Translations under genes and position numbers: made by a program
The notes under the pieces: generated by a model
Told to the model about the DNA's origin: nothing
The model's input: the letters and a program-made list of their open reading frames with translations, nothing else
Database searches by the model: none
In this document: one piece after another, positions 45,443 to 57,437 of the stretch
Layout of the letters: each line of letters opens with the position of its first letter
Numbering within the stretch: position 1 is the first letter of the stretch
Source: Rebecca billardiae RCC1528
Lineage: Eukaryota > Protista > Haptophyta
Direction: 5' to 3'
NCBI GenBank assembly: GCA_965240325.2
Contig: OZ251227.1
Location: 2,108,001 to 2,172,000, forward strand
DNA length: 64,000 bases

Positions 45443-47485
45443 GCCCTGGCGGGCGGGGGGTTCGGCGGGCCGTGCCAGTGCTGTCGCAATATTTCCCCAG
45501 CGGGTTCGCGCCTTTTATTTATAGCGGTTTGACGGGCAGGATGCCACTACGAATAACAATGCGACATACCGAGATGATTGTGAGCTACCCGACTCACTGA
45601 CGAATAATAACGCGACAGATGACTCTGGTGCGAGCTCAGCGACAGTGTGATTGCGCGTGTATTCCTGCACCCACTGTGCTACTCGTCATCGTGCCGAGCC
45701 TTCGACTGCGCGCACGCACTGTCAACTGATTGGCGTGCGACGGCGGCGTGCCCGTGTGCGCCTGACGGTGACGGTTTGTCCTTGGAGCTAAACACGAAAA
45801 CAGTTCAAGTTGCGGCGGAGTGTGATGTCCTAACTCAGCCCTGGCGGGCGGGGGGGTCGGCGGGCCGTGCCAGTGCTGTCGCAATATTTCCCCAGCGGGT
45901 TCGCGCCTTTTATTTATAGCGGTTTGACGGGCAGGATGACTACGAATAATAACAATGCGACATCATACCGAGATGATTGTGAGCTACCCGATCGTCGCTC
46001 AGCGGCTCCTCGGCGACGTGGTCGTCGGCGCGCGGCGGCGCGCCCGGCTGCAAGGCGCCCACGGGCGCTGCGCCATTCGTGTGCCCGCGTGAGCAGCTCG
46101 TGCCCACTCTCGATCGCGAGTGGCACACGCTGTCGCTGTGCGCGCGCGCGCGCACAACCAACAGCTCCTCGTGCCGCCGAACACGCGGGCGCCATACCTG
46201 TCGAAGAGGCGAAGAGCGACGAGCGCGTGAACGTCAACGCGCTCGTGCTCAGCGTGGCGGCCGTGTACGATGTCAACGCGACCTGCGCCGAGCCCATCAT
46301 GCCCGGAACGGACATCGGCAAGCGTCCTCGCGACGACCGCTCTCGGCTGGCGGCAGGAGGACATGCACACGATCTACTCTGGCGGCTTCGTCGGCGGCGA
46401 GGCGCTCGATTACGCCATCGCGGTCGAGATGCGGCACATACAGCGCGTACCCGCGCTCGCGCGGAGCAACGGGCTACCCGCCCCGCCCCGCGTGCTGCAC
46501 GTTCCCTCGTGGGTGTGGGCCTCGCTGATGCGCACAGAGTACAGACGTGTACACGTGGGAGAACTTCAGCCTTCACGTTACAGCGTGGGGTGGCACCCGC
46601 GCCTGTCAACGCGACCGCGTTCTGTCAAGAATGGACCCATATCCTGCGACCACCCTCGAGCACCGCATACTATGCCCACACTCGGCATAGGGAAGGATCG
46701 CTGAGCGCCTGCTGCCGCTGTCAAAGGCCCTGCTGATCTTCCTGGCGCTGGATCGTGCACACGGATGGCAAGTCGGCGTGCTCGCCGCACATCGCGGCGG
46801 CTTCTCAGCATCCCAAGTCCTCAGTGCACCCATCCTAGGCATGCTGGTCGATGATTGGTACCAACCCCCACCAAACACGCCCTCTCGGAAGTCGCCAATC
46901 GCTCACATGGCTCCCCGAGAGCCCGGGGCTGGCTGTCGTGCGTTCTCACGAGCAGCTTGCGCACAGCCCAAATGTCACCTTCACGGTGCGTTGAGCTGCT
47001 CAAGATGGCGGGAGCGTCAAGAGCATGCCCGTGCACGACACTGGCCCATGCCTCCCGTCGCCTGACCCGCATGTGGCAAAAACTGACCCTGCTCGAAGGC
47101 ACGGGTCGAACACCCGCCGATCGATTCAAGTTGTCTGTACGCGTCTAGCCGGGCGAGAGTCAAACATGCGGGCACGTGCCAGGCGGGGGATGTGTGACCA
47201 CGGATCCCATCCGTGAGCACGCGCAAAGCGCTGGAGCGCGCGATAGGTGTTGGCTGTGGTCTACCCGACACACGGCGGCTCGGTCGCGCTGGAGAGGCGC
47301 TCCGACATCGTCGGGAGCGTTCAGATCGGACCTCGGCCGGCGGCCCGGCGATTTTCCCGAGCCGCGCGCCCCGCGCGCGAAAGAAATCAGGCCAGAAAAC
47401 CCGGTAAATGTTTAAAAGACCGCTGGAAAATCGCCAGGGACCCACCTACTGGCACGGCCCGCCGACCCCCCCGCCCCCCAGGGCA
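45443..47485. mobile_element. Degenerate TIR element with a duplicated left end and decayed internal coding sequence
   Basis: About 150-bp direct repeats at 45443-45592 and 45838-45991; their first ~38 bp are inverted at about 47448-47484; no clear TSD. Confidence 0.65.
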
Positions 47486-47589
47486 CAGTCCTCGCGCGAT
47501 GTCCGCGCCGGCGTTGGATTCGGCGCGCGCCGCCCACGCGCTCCGCGCCATCGGGGAGATGGTTTTCGGCCGAGCGTCCCCAGTGGGAG

Positions 47590-48590
47590 CTGCGAGGGCG
47601 CCCGGTAGTGAGCGAAGCGACCCGGCAGTGAGCGAGGCTCCGGTCACTGTCCGGGACGTCCAGCAGGGGTGCATTCAGACTCTCTGGGGGGGTCTGGGGG
47701 GGGCTCCCCCCAGCCGATCGAAGGACCAAATACGCCTCAATAAGGCCCCAACTCGCCAGAATTCGCATAGCAGACCGTGTTCGCTGGTGTTGGCTGAGGG
47801 CTGCGTCGTGCGGCGTCGGCTCTGCGCCGGGCGGCCATGACGCATTACACACAGCCCCGATATCGGCGCCTCCCTCGCGAGTCAAGACGTAGCGCAGTGC
47901 AGGATCATCGAGCAACGCATTGACCGCTGCGGCGCACCGCGCAGGCCACGCCGCACCTCAGCACTCGCGAACAAGCTCTGAGCCAGCCAGCTGTGGCAGT
48001 CCTCTGAGGAGCTGCAGCCAAGCACGAGCTCGTGCGCATACCCGTGGCACCACGAGCTGACGGCGCGGCCCGGGGCGCGAGCAGCTAGAAGCCGACAAGC
48101 TCATGCGCACGCCCGCACCGCCGCGAGGTGTGGCCGCCGGCGCGAGCAGCTCGACGCGGATAGCGCGCAGCTTGCTCGAGTCGACGAGCAGCTTCTCGCC
48201 CATCGGTGACTCTCACTGCACGAAGGTGCACCCGGGGCGCGAGCGCGACAGGGTGCCGCGGCCAACCAGGGGATGCGCCCGGATCAAGGCCTCCAAGGCG
48301 TCTCGTCTCCTCGCCCGCTCGGCGGAGCTCCATCGTGCGAGAGACCGGTCCGGGAGCCCCAAAAAAAGTTCAGCACGATGGAGTCCTCCGTGTTCGACTG
48401 TGACGACGCGTTCAAGGACAAAGAAACATACGAAATCGTCTGCGGCTTCGGTTTTGAACCTGCGGCTTCGTCCGCCGCCCCGGAGATCTTTCGATTGGTA
48501 CCCTCATCGCTCCCTGGCTCCCAGGGGTTCGTCTAAATGCACCCCCCCATAGGGTCAGTGGACGTCCCTGACTGTGGCTGGAGCCGCGAG
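47590..48590. mobile_element. Degenerate element with imperfect inverted repeats and GC hairpins
   Basis: 47632-47680 is an imperfect inverse of 48531-48589; gagcgaagcga at about 47610; hairpin ctgggggggctcccccag at about 47694-47713. Confidence 0.45.
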
Positions 48591-48685
48591 GCGATTTTCT
48601 TTTCTTTGCGAGGCGATTTTCTGTTTTCCTTTTCTTTTTCTTATCTTTTTCCCGGGCACTACAAGGGGCGGACCTACGGCCCGCC

Positions 48686-49121
48686 ATTCCCCTTTATAAC
48701 GGGCTCTGGGTGATCAGACTGGCGGCCGAAGCCTCCAGTCCTACCCTGGCCAGCCCCCAACCAACCACCGCCCTCACCCAACCTCAAAGTGTCCTCAAAC
48801 CACTGACAGAGACACCAAGTGCCTTGACACCACTCCGCTGTGGGCAGCCCGCCTCCAGAGGGGGCGGGGGTATGCCATTGCCAACAGCATACAAGCCCAA
48901 CACTGTGGGGTGGTCCCAGGTACAGCAGTGCACGGCCTTGCGATTCAATTTCAAATTCAAGATCATCGAGTTTGCCAGCCGAGTCGGCAGAAGGGGCACC
49001 CCCTAGGGTGCCCCAGTGTGGGCAGAGGGCCAGCCACTAGCCGATCCCTGCGCGGGGAAGGGGACTGAGGGGACTGTCATCGAGCCCAGTAGCTGGGCAG
49101 GGGTCTGGGCCACTGGCCCTG
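48686..49121. repeat. Dispersed repeat of about 430 bp, with an inverted copy at 56482-56893
   Basis: High identity throughout; the ORF-track peptide WAEGQPLADPCAGKG appears on opposite strands at the two sites. Confidence 0.9.
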
Positions 49122-50576
49122 GCAGCGAGGCGCCTGTAGTTTCACTCGTGCAGCTATGGAGGCAGAGGGGGTCATGTCAGACATGTGTGCTACATCGGGC
49201 ATCAAGTCCGCGTGGGCCGCTGTAGGAAGCAAGCAAAGTGGTGGCGATGGCTAATACGCCTGGGGAGGTGTCGTTCGCTCGCCTCTTCCTGCTGCGCTTT
49301 GCAGGGGGTAGCGTGCTCCGCTGCGGCACATTTGCCTGGCGGCAGGGTGGGCAGTGTCGTTTCCGGGCGGGGGGCTGTCTTGCTGAGCTTGACTCATTCT
49401 ATGATTTAACGACACAGGTAGGACTAGGAGGAGGCAGCCTGCGCTGCTGTTAACCTCAGAGTAAACTATAATATGGGTTGGCGCTGCGCGTCAACTTGGG
49501 CTGGAAACCTGTTTCTGAAACGCATGATGGCTCGCAGCCAGTAGCCCGAGCTCGGAATTCCGACGCTGCCAACGGCGCCACAGGAGCGCAACGGCGGGGC
49601 TGACGACGCGCGCGCGTGTGCACGTCTGACCACGGAATGCGCGCTGCAATGACTGGCCCGTCCGCAGCACCACGCCCCGCGCTGTGAGTGAGAGTGTGGC
49701 CCGCGCCCAAGCGAGAACGCGGGCCGGGCGGCACTCCGCCGACCTCGCCGGCCGCCGACCAGCCCGCAGCCGCCTGCTGCAGCTCGTGGAACACGCAGTC
49801 GCGCGCTCGCGCGTGGAGGGCGGACCTGCGCGTATGCGCCCGCCGGGCTTGCCGCTTCATCCGCTGGCACAGCAGTGCAGGTCGAGCCGTCCGCCGCCCA
49901 CCGAGCCGGCGCCACGCCTCGCGCTCGTGCTCGAGCTGAGGCGGCGCGTGTCGCCGGAGCCGGCGGGTTCGCGCGCGTGCGCGTGGTGGGCAGCCTCGCG
50001 CGTGCGCCCGCCGCGCGCCCCGCGTCGCTCGCTTGGCGCCGCACGCGAGCCGCTCGTCGCGCGACCGAACGAGACGTCAATCAAGGGCGACCCTTGTCGT
50101 CGACGCGAGGCCGCGCGAGGTTGCTCCGACCGGGCTCGTAGTCCAATGCAAGATGATACCCGCGTGCCGCTATCAGCGCGCCCTTTCGCGAAGTGTGAAC
50201 TCGCGACACGACGAAAGGGCCGATGCGATTCGCGCGAATGTGAGTACGCAAAGCGCCGAACGACGAGCGGTTTTTGACCGAACGACGAGCGGTTTTTGTC
50301 CTATCGAGCGCGTAAGTGGGTACGCGAATTGCGCTTATGTGACCCGGTGGATGGGTGGTAAGAGGGCGTCAAAAAAAGGCCTAAACTATAATAAATAAGG
50401 GGGATATTATAGGGACAGGCCGCGTTGTAGGCCCAAGTACTCAAGTAGGCCTATCGACGAATCCGGTTCTTTTCCCTTGCTCGCTCCCTACAGATGATAC
50501 ACTCCCGAGGGGGCAAGGCCAAACCGAAAGGTCCTGTCGCCACGGTGGCCACGGGCAGGTCCAGACTGGGGCGAGC

Positions 50577-53500
50577 ATGCCTCCTCGGGGCGTCATGCGC
50601 GCTGTGCTCCTCTCGCTGGCACTGGCGACGGCCCGTGGTGCCGTGACGGTGGACGACGTCCCTGTTGGGCCGGAGGGGCTTCGGCCGAAGCAGGAGTGCA
50701 GCGACCTCCACCTCTGGTTGCGCTGGCTCGTGCACCATCGGTCGGTCGCGCCCGACGTCGCGTGCGGCTCCGTGCCCACGCCGCAGTGCGTGGCGCTCGC
50801 GCGAGACCAGGCGCCGGACTGCGAGGACGTGGGCGATGCGGCGTTCGTTCGAGCGGCGCTGCACGCCATGCGCACGCGCCATCGCTCGGAGCTGTGGGAC
50901 GGCATGGCTGCGTTCACCATCTCCGCCTTCAACAACTGGGCGGTGGTCGAGGCGTTCCTCGAGTCGGTGCTCTCCATGAATCCCGCGCTGGGACACGTCG
51001 TCTGGTTCGTCGCGGACCGGATGGAGTCGGACCACCCAGAGGTCCACGCCATCCTCCGCGAGTTCGCCGCGCTGGCCGCGCGCCACCACCCGCGTCGCGT
51101 CGAGATGATGAGCGTCGCCGACGTGCAGCGCGCGATGGACTACGACCCGCGCGAGCTGGCGATGCGGTACGAGCTCAAGACGTTCAACACGGCGATCAAG
51201 CCGCACGTGTTCATGCGCCTCTTCCAGATGAACGTGTCCGCCGTGCTCTACTTCGACCCGGACATCCACTTCTTCTCCGACCTCGACGAAATTACGCTGC
51301 TGCTGCGCACACGCAGCATCGTGCTCACGCCGCACATCGTGCGCGAGACGCCGTCCGACGGGAAGTGGCCGTCCGACCTGGCGCTGCTGCGCGCGGGCGC
51401 GTTCAACTTTGGCTTCGTCGCGGTCTCGCGCGCGCACCCCTCTGTGACCGACCACTTCCTGCCATGGTGGGCCGCGCGGCTGCGTTACCAGGGCGACGTC
51501 GACCTCACGCGCGGGCTGCACTTCGACCAGAACTGGGCCATGTACATCCCAGCGTTCTACCCGCAGAGGACGTACGCCGTGCTCATCGACCCGCGGTACA
51601 ACGCGGCGTACTGGAACCTACACTACACCGCGGCGCACATCGAGGTGCGCAACCTGACCGCGCGCGACGTGCGGTACAGCGGCGCGCCGCTCGTTTTCTT
51701 CCACTTCTCTGGCATCGCGACGAACAGCTTCGACATGCAGGCGGTCTCGCCGCACCAGTCGCGCTTCAAGCTGACGGACATCGCGCACTTGAAGCCGCTC
51801 TTCGAGTTCTACGTCGCGCTCACCGGCCCCGAGCGGCAGGCGCGCTTCCGCAGCGTGCCATACGGGTACAGCTACTTCGATAACGGCGTGCCGGTGCCGG
51901 CGTACCTGCGCGCTTGCATGTTCGAGGTGCACCCGGAAGGGCGCTCGGAGCAGCTGGCGATGTACCACCCCGAGCCGGCCTACGCGCAGCATCTGCGAGA
52001 CGTGCTCTCGATGGATCCATTCGACGTGCGCCAGCAAAACTCGCTGTGGGGCTGGCTGTCGTCGAGCAGCTCTGAGCAGATGCTCATCATCGAGAGCCCC
52101 GGCGCTGAGGAGCACGTGCCGAATGCGGCAGTGCTGTTCCTGCGCACGACGGCGGGGATCGCGCGCGGCGCGTGCGGCTCGCCTGCGGCCGAGGCGAGCT
52201 GGGCGCTCTCCTTCTTCCCGCTGCTCGTGTACGCCGACGCTGAACTCGTCCGCCACCAGCCGTTCGTGGACATTGTCGCACGCCGCCCGTGTGCTGCGCT
52301 CTCGTCCTCTGGATGGCACCCTGCTAGGGGCGAGTGCAATACCGAGCAGGAGGAGGGGGCAGCCGACATGCATGCGAGCTTCGGCAAGGAGTGCCCCCCG
52401 GCTGTCGCCGACCTGATGCGCGCGGAGGGGAACCCCCTGAGGCCGCACATCGGGCCTGTCTGCAACAGCATCTTTACTAACCCGGGCATGCGCAAGCACT
52501 TGAACTTGAAGCCGGTCAGCCAGCTGTGGTGGCGGCGCGATGGTGCGGACAGCACGGCTCCGCGCGGCTTGGCAGACGCGCAGTCGTTGCCAGCGCCCCC
52601 GCCCGGCTCGCTGCTCGCCCAGCTCGAGCGGCAGTGCGGCCTCGCGATCGAGTCGGCCAACGAGAGCGCCCCCATGCCTCACCGCGTGTGGTGGCGCGCG
52701 CTGCGCGCGCGTGTGCCGCCTTGGGACGCCGACGCGCGCCGGCCACACATCCGGCCCTTTGGGGTGAACGTGATTGGCCACTTTGGCGGCGTGTTCGGCA
52801 TCGGCAAGGAGGCGGAGTACCTGCACGCCGGGCTGCGGCAGCACATGCCCACGCACGCGCTCGCGATGCCGCGCACGCGCGAGCACGTGTACGCTCCTTA
52901 CCAGCTCAACCACACCGCGCCGTTCGCGATCAACCTCGTCTGCATCAACCACAACCAAGTGCCCGTGCTCGCGAGCGTGTACCCGTGGTCGGAATGGCGC
53001 ACGCAGTACAACATCGGGTACTGGGCGTGGGAGACCGAGCTGATCCCCCCGGAGGCGCATAGCGCAGTGCTCGCCTTCGACGAGATCTGGGCGATCTCCG
53101 AGTACACCGCGCAGGCCATCCGAGCGCGGCTGCAGCACGACCCGATCGGCCGGAATATTCCGGTACTCGGCGACCAGCTGATCGGCGTGCCGAACCTGAG
53201 GCCGCTGGAGGAGGTTAAGGCGCTGCGCGCACAGAGCCGCGCGACGCTCGAGCTGCCGCGCGAGCGCTGCGTGTTCCTGCTCATCTTCGACTGCATGTCC
53301 ATCCCCGCGCGCAAGAACCCGCTGGGCGCGGTGCGCGCGTTCCAGATGGCGTTTGCGCGCAACGACTCGTCCGTGCAGCTGATTGTGAAGCACCTCAGCT
53401 GCGACGCGGCTTTTTCGAATGACCTGAGTGACGCGATCGGCGGCTGGCCGTCGATCGAGGCGCTGGCGGGCCACTACCCCATCGAGAGGCTGCGCGCGCT

Positions 53501-54314
53501 CAAGCTGAGCGCGGACTGCCTCGTCTCGCTGCACCGCTCCGAGGGTTACGGCCTCAACCTGCTCGAGGCGATCCTCGACGGCACGCCCGTGATCGCGTCC
53601 ATGTACTCTGGCAACCTCGATTTTATGAAGGAGCTGCCGCCGGCGCTGCGTGATGGGCTCGGCGTGCGCTGCCCGAGCGTGCCGATCGGCATGCAGCAGG
53701 GCCCGTACACTGCTGACGACGCGTGGTGTGAGCCAGACCTCACCGACGCCGCGCACAAGCTCGCAGGCTTCCGCGACCAGCGCGCGCGCCTCCAACGGCT
53801 GTCGGAAGCCGCTGCGGTCGAGATGCGCCGCAAGTTCTCAGCGAGCGCGATGGGCAAGGCGCACACCAAGCGGCTGCGCAGCGTGTACGACCGGCTGCAC
53901 GGGGGGGATCTCGCTAATTTCGCACGCAGCAAGGCTCTGCCCCCGCGATCCGACCTCAGCTGCTTCTGGTTGCACAAACGCGACAAGGACATCGCTCGTG
54001 CGCTTAAGCCAGGCACCAACCCGCTGCTCCCAATCAAGGCTGTCACCAGGCGTAGGCCAAGGGACGAGAAGCTGGGCAACTTGGCCAAGGCGCGTGCAGA
54101 GAAGCACAGCGGTGACAGCCAGGCAGGCATTCCGGACGGCTCGTCGTGCGCCTTCTACTCGGCGTCGGCCATCAAGCATGCCATGGCTGCATCCGCCGCC
54201 CATGAAGTGGGCGAAGCCGAGGTGGACGAAGTCGCACTGCCACCACAGCTGTCCGAGCTGCTGGGGCGAGCGCGCGACTTTGTGGCGTCAGTCCGGACTG
54301 CTCTTAGCGATTGA
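50577..54314 (+). CDS. Two-domain glycosyltransferase (N-terminal GT-A-like plus C-terminal GT4/GT-B), 1245 aa, with signal peptide
   Basis: FNTAIKP, LYFDPDI (DxD), LTPH, GAFNFGF, FDQNW, YNAAYWNL, FFHFSG; then IGYWAWETE, DEIWAISEY, RKNP, SLHRSEGYGLNLLEA (EX7E). Confidence 0.92.
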   Translation: MPPRGVMRAVLLSLALATARGAVTVDDVPVGPEGLRPKQECSDLHLWLRWLVHHRSVAPDVACGSVPTPQCVALARDQAPDCEDVGDAAFVRAALHAMRTRHRSELWDGMAAFTISAFNNWAVVEAFLESVLSMNPALGHVVWFVADRMESDHPEVHAILREFAALAARHHPRRVEMMSVADVQRAMDYDPRELAMRYELKTFNTAIKPHVFMRLFQMNVSAVLYFDPDIHFFSDLDEITLLLRTRSIVLTPHIVRETPSDGKWPSDLALLRAGAFNFGFVAVSRAHPSVTDHFLPWWAARLRYQGDVDLTRGLHFDQNWAMYIPAFYPQRTYAVLIDPRYNAAYWNLHYTAAHIEVRNLTARDVRYSGAPLVFFHFSGIATNSFDMQAVSPHQSRFKLTDIAHLKPLFEFYVALTGPERQARFRSVPYGYSYFDNGVPVPAYLRACMFEVHPEGRSEQLAMYHPEPAYAQHLRDVLSMDPFDVRQQNSLWGWLSSSSSEQMLIIESPGAEEHVPNAAVLFLRTTAGIARGACGSPAAEASWALSFFPLLVYADAELVRHQPFVDIVARRPCAALSSSGWHPARGECNTEQEEGAADMHASFGKECPPAVADLMRAEGNPLRPHIGPVCNSIFTNPGMRKHLNLKPVSQLWWRRDGADSTAPRGLADAQSLPAPPPGSLLAQLERQCGLAIESANESAPMPHRVWWRALRARVPPWDADARRPHIRPFGVNVIGHFGGVFGIGKEAEYLHAGLRQHMPTHALAMPRTREHVYAPYQLNHTAPFAINLVCINHNQVPVLASVYPWSEWRTQYNIGYWAWETELIPPEAHSAVLAFDEIWAISEYTAQAIRARLQHDPIGRNIPVLGDQLIGVPNLRPLEEVKALRAQSRATLELPRERCVFLLIFDCMSIPARKNPLGAVRAFQMAFARNDSSVQLIVKHLSCDAAFSNDLSDAIGGWPSIEALAGHYPIERLRALKLSADCLVSLHRSEGYGLNLLEAILDGTPVIASMYSGNLDFMKELPPALRDGLGVRCPSVPIGMQQGPYTADDAWCEPDLTDAAHKLAGFRDQRARLQRLSEAAAVEMRRKFSASAMGKAHTKRLRSVYDRLHGGDLANFARSKALPPRSDLSCFWLHKRDKDIARALKPGTNPLLPIKAVTRRRPRDEKLGNLAKARAEKHSGDSQAGIPDGSSCAFYSASAIKHAMAASAAHEVGEAEVDEVALPPQLSELLGRARDFVASVRTALSD

Positions 54315-54359
54315 CGACGGCTTTAATGACGACAGTCAATAATAGATATAATCTATATA

Positions 54360-54515
<156 letters not shown>

Positions 54516-54617
54516 AGGACTGCTGCTCGCGCTATCCGTGTCACCGCGGGTGTCACGGCGACGCAGCAAGGCAGAGTGGCGCGCAATAAGAATATAGAGC
54601 CAATGATGTTCATTATT

Positions 54618-57436
54618 ATGGCCCGCGGTGCAGGGCGGAGCGCGTAGCGTGGAGCCCCGCCGGGGGCCCTCACTACGTTGTCAAAATAAAGATCTTTTGA
54701 TCAAAGAAAAGGGGATGGGGGACGATTTTGAGGGCTGTTGGAGGGTGAGTTTTCGATTTTTCGAGGGGTACGTTGGCCCATAGTGCTCTGCATTAGCAAC
54801 TACGCGCTTGACGAAATAAGCGCGCCCACGCCATTCCGCATAAGTCGATGGACGGACGTGGGATCAGATTACCCCGGGGGTGAAACAAGTGAGTATTTTT
54901 GTCCTTCTTGTATGCTGGAGTACGAGTTTGCCGAGCGACGTTTGATTGTTTTGGGTCGAAAACAGCTATGAGGCCAGATTCTTTTGAATAGCGCTTGCGA
55001 AAAGAAGTTACCCGCCTGTCTCGATGGATGAACCGCCTCATGGTATTGAAAGAGATTCTTTTGAATAGCGCTTTTAAACCAAGTTACCCACCTGTCTCGT
55101 TGGATGAACCTCCTCATCATATTGAAGAGATTCTTTTGAATAGCGCTATTTAAAGCCAGTTACCCGCTTGCCTCGATGGATGAACCGCCTTGATAATATT
55201 GAAAGATACTCTTTTGAATAGCGCTTGTCACAACCAAGTTACCCGCCTGTCAGCTGTCTCGTGCTCGCGAGCGGCGCGACGACATCGGCCCGAGCGAGGA
55301 TGCCGCCTTCAAAGGCGCGCACCGAGTGCGTGCGCGACGGGTGCCGGCCGGCCGCTGGTCTCGACCTATCGCCCTCGGCCCTCCCCGAGCGCGCCTGCAG
55401 GTACCTCCGGACGCGCATTCGGCTTGCTCACTCGATCAGCTCACTCACAGCTGCCGGTCACGCAGCCGCGCGGCGGCCCCGCGACCAGGTCCGCGGCCCA
55501 AAGTGTGTGTGCGCGCCGCGCCGGTGCCCTCGCGCCGGTGGCGTGGGCTGGCTGGCCGCTGGTCTCGCCCACGCGCCCCACTCGCCCCAAGCGCGCAACG
55601 CCTGCGGGAAGCGCCGGCACCATACCTAACTAACCTGCGCGTCGACGCCCGTCCCGCCGCGGCCCGCGCCTCGATCGATCGTCGATCGGACCGCGTGCGT
55701 GCGACTCCGTCCGCGCCCGCGCGCAGGGTGGGAGGGGCTGATGCAGGAGCAGATGCAGGACTACCTCGAAATTGCACGCGACGAGGAGGTGCCCAGCGCG
55801 CACTTTACGCTGCGCGCATCATCGAGTGGTCGCCCAGCGAGCGCGGCAGCTGGCCACCGGGCCGGCTGACGGCGGGCGCAGCTGCCAGCTGCGGACGCGC
55901 AGCGGGCGCGGAGTGGAAGCCGGCGCAGCGGCCGGGCAGCGGCGGCCGGCGCGGCAGCACGCTCGTATACATCGCGGCAGCTACCGCCGTCGTGCGGGGA
56001 AAGCACACGCTCTCGGCGGCTTCCAAGATGCCGACGGGCCACGGCGTGCACTCCGTGCAGGCTGCGTGCGCGCTGCAGTGGCTGTGTCGAGCTGCTGCGG
56101 CGTGTGCTCGAGGCGCGGCGCTCGCACGGGCTACGCGGGCGCAGCGGGTGCGCGCAGCTGGCGCACGCAGTGCCACGTCCTGCGGCGCCAGTTTGGCGGC
56201 CGTCCGCCCCCCCGAGCTCGAGTTCTGCGCGCTTTGCGACGGCGCGGCCGGCAGCGCCCATCTGCCTGCTTGCTTGGGCACGCCGCAGCATGTCCGCCGC
56301 CGGGCCTGCTGCGCGCGCCGAAGCTGGAGGGCGGAGGAGGGCGCTGGGCTGCTCCTACGGCGTGCTGCAGCCCGGGCAGGCTCTACCGCGGCGCGGCGAG
56401 GCCGTCGCGCCTGCTCGCCGCCGTCGAGTCGCCCGTGCTGCGTGACCCTCGGCCGCACGTGCTCGCTCGGCGGCACCGCAGCAGGGCCAGTGGCCCAGAC
56501 CCCTGCCCAGCTACTGGGCTCGATGACAGTCCCCTCAGCTCCCTTCCCCGCGCAGGGATCGGCTAGTGGCTGGCCCTCTGCCCACACTGGGGCACCCTAG
56601 GGGGTGCCCCTGCTACCGACTCGGCTCAAACTCGATGATCTTGAATTGCAAGGCCGTACACTGCTTGTACCTGGGACCACCCCACAGTGTTGGGCTCGTA
56701 TGCTGTTGGCAATGGCATACCCCCGCCCCCTCTGGAGGCGGGCTGTCCACAGTGGAGTGGTGTCAAGACACTAGGTGTCTCGGTCAGTGGTTTGAGGTTG
56801 GGTGAGGGTGGTGGTTGGTTGGGGGCTGGCCAGGGTAGGGCTGGAGGCTTCGGCCGCCAGCCTGATCACCCGGAGCCCGTTATAAAGGGGAATTTAAAAA
56901 AGGCGTCCCATACCAGTATACTCGAGCCGCTGTGCGCACCCAAGGCGCGAGCTGCTCGAGCGGGCCAGGTGGGCCCAGGGGGTGCGTGCAGCTGGCACAC
57001 GCAGCCCCGGCCCGTGTCATGGGGTGTCGGTTTGACGGTCGCCAGCCCCTGTGGGCTCGAGCGCTGTGCGCTTCACCACGGAGGTGCTGGCAGCGCCCCG
57101 CGGCGCGCAACGGCGGGGCAGCATGGCCGCCGCCGGCGCCGCCGCACATGCCGCCGCTTACGGGCAGTCGAGAGCTTGGGGCAGCACCTACGGCGCATGC
57201 TGCAGCTCGGGGCGGGCTCTGCCAGCCTGCTGTGGCGTGATCGCGCATTTTCCAGACCGTCGACTCGCCCGCGCTGCATAATATTCCATTATTCGTTTCC
57301 CGCGCGTGCTCGACGGCGCTCCGCGCTGCTGCTGCCGCTACGGCCGCGCGTTGGACGGACAGCATATGCCGACGGAGGGTGCACCGCGGGCCCCTAACTA
57401 CGTTGGTTCTACGGAAGGACCGCGGAACGCGGTCAT
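54618..57436 (+). mobile_element. Non-autonomous Helentron/Replitron-like element, copy 1
   Basis: 5' ggcccgcggtgca (54620-54632) has a subterminal inverse (57380-57392), followed by the terminal stem-loop gaccgcg-gaa-cgcggtc (57418-57434). Confidence 0.75.
54976..55250 (+). repeat. About 76-bp AT-rich tandem repeat, about 3.6 copies
   Basis: tcttttgaatagcgc...agttaccc recurs near 54980, 55057, 55132 and 55210. Confidence 0.85.
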
Positions 57437-57437
57437 T

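Noticed and set aside
51618-53795. 725-aa antisense ORF (also 7330-8628, 12703-14610, 62885-63997)
   Set aside because: Shadow ORFs caused by strong GC3 bias on the opposite coding strand
54976-55250. CRISPR-like or guide-RNA array
   Set aside because: The intervening sequences are also homologous, so it is a diverged tandem repeat
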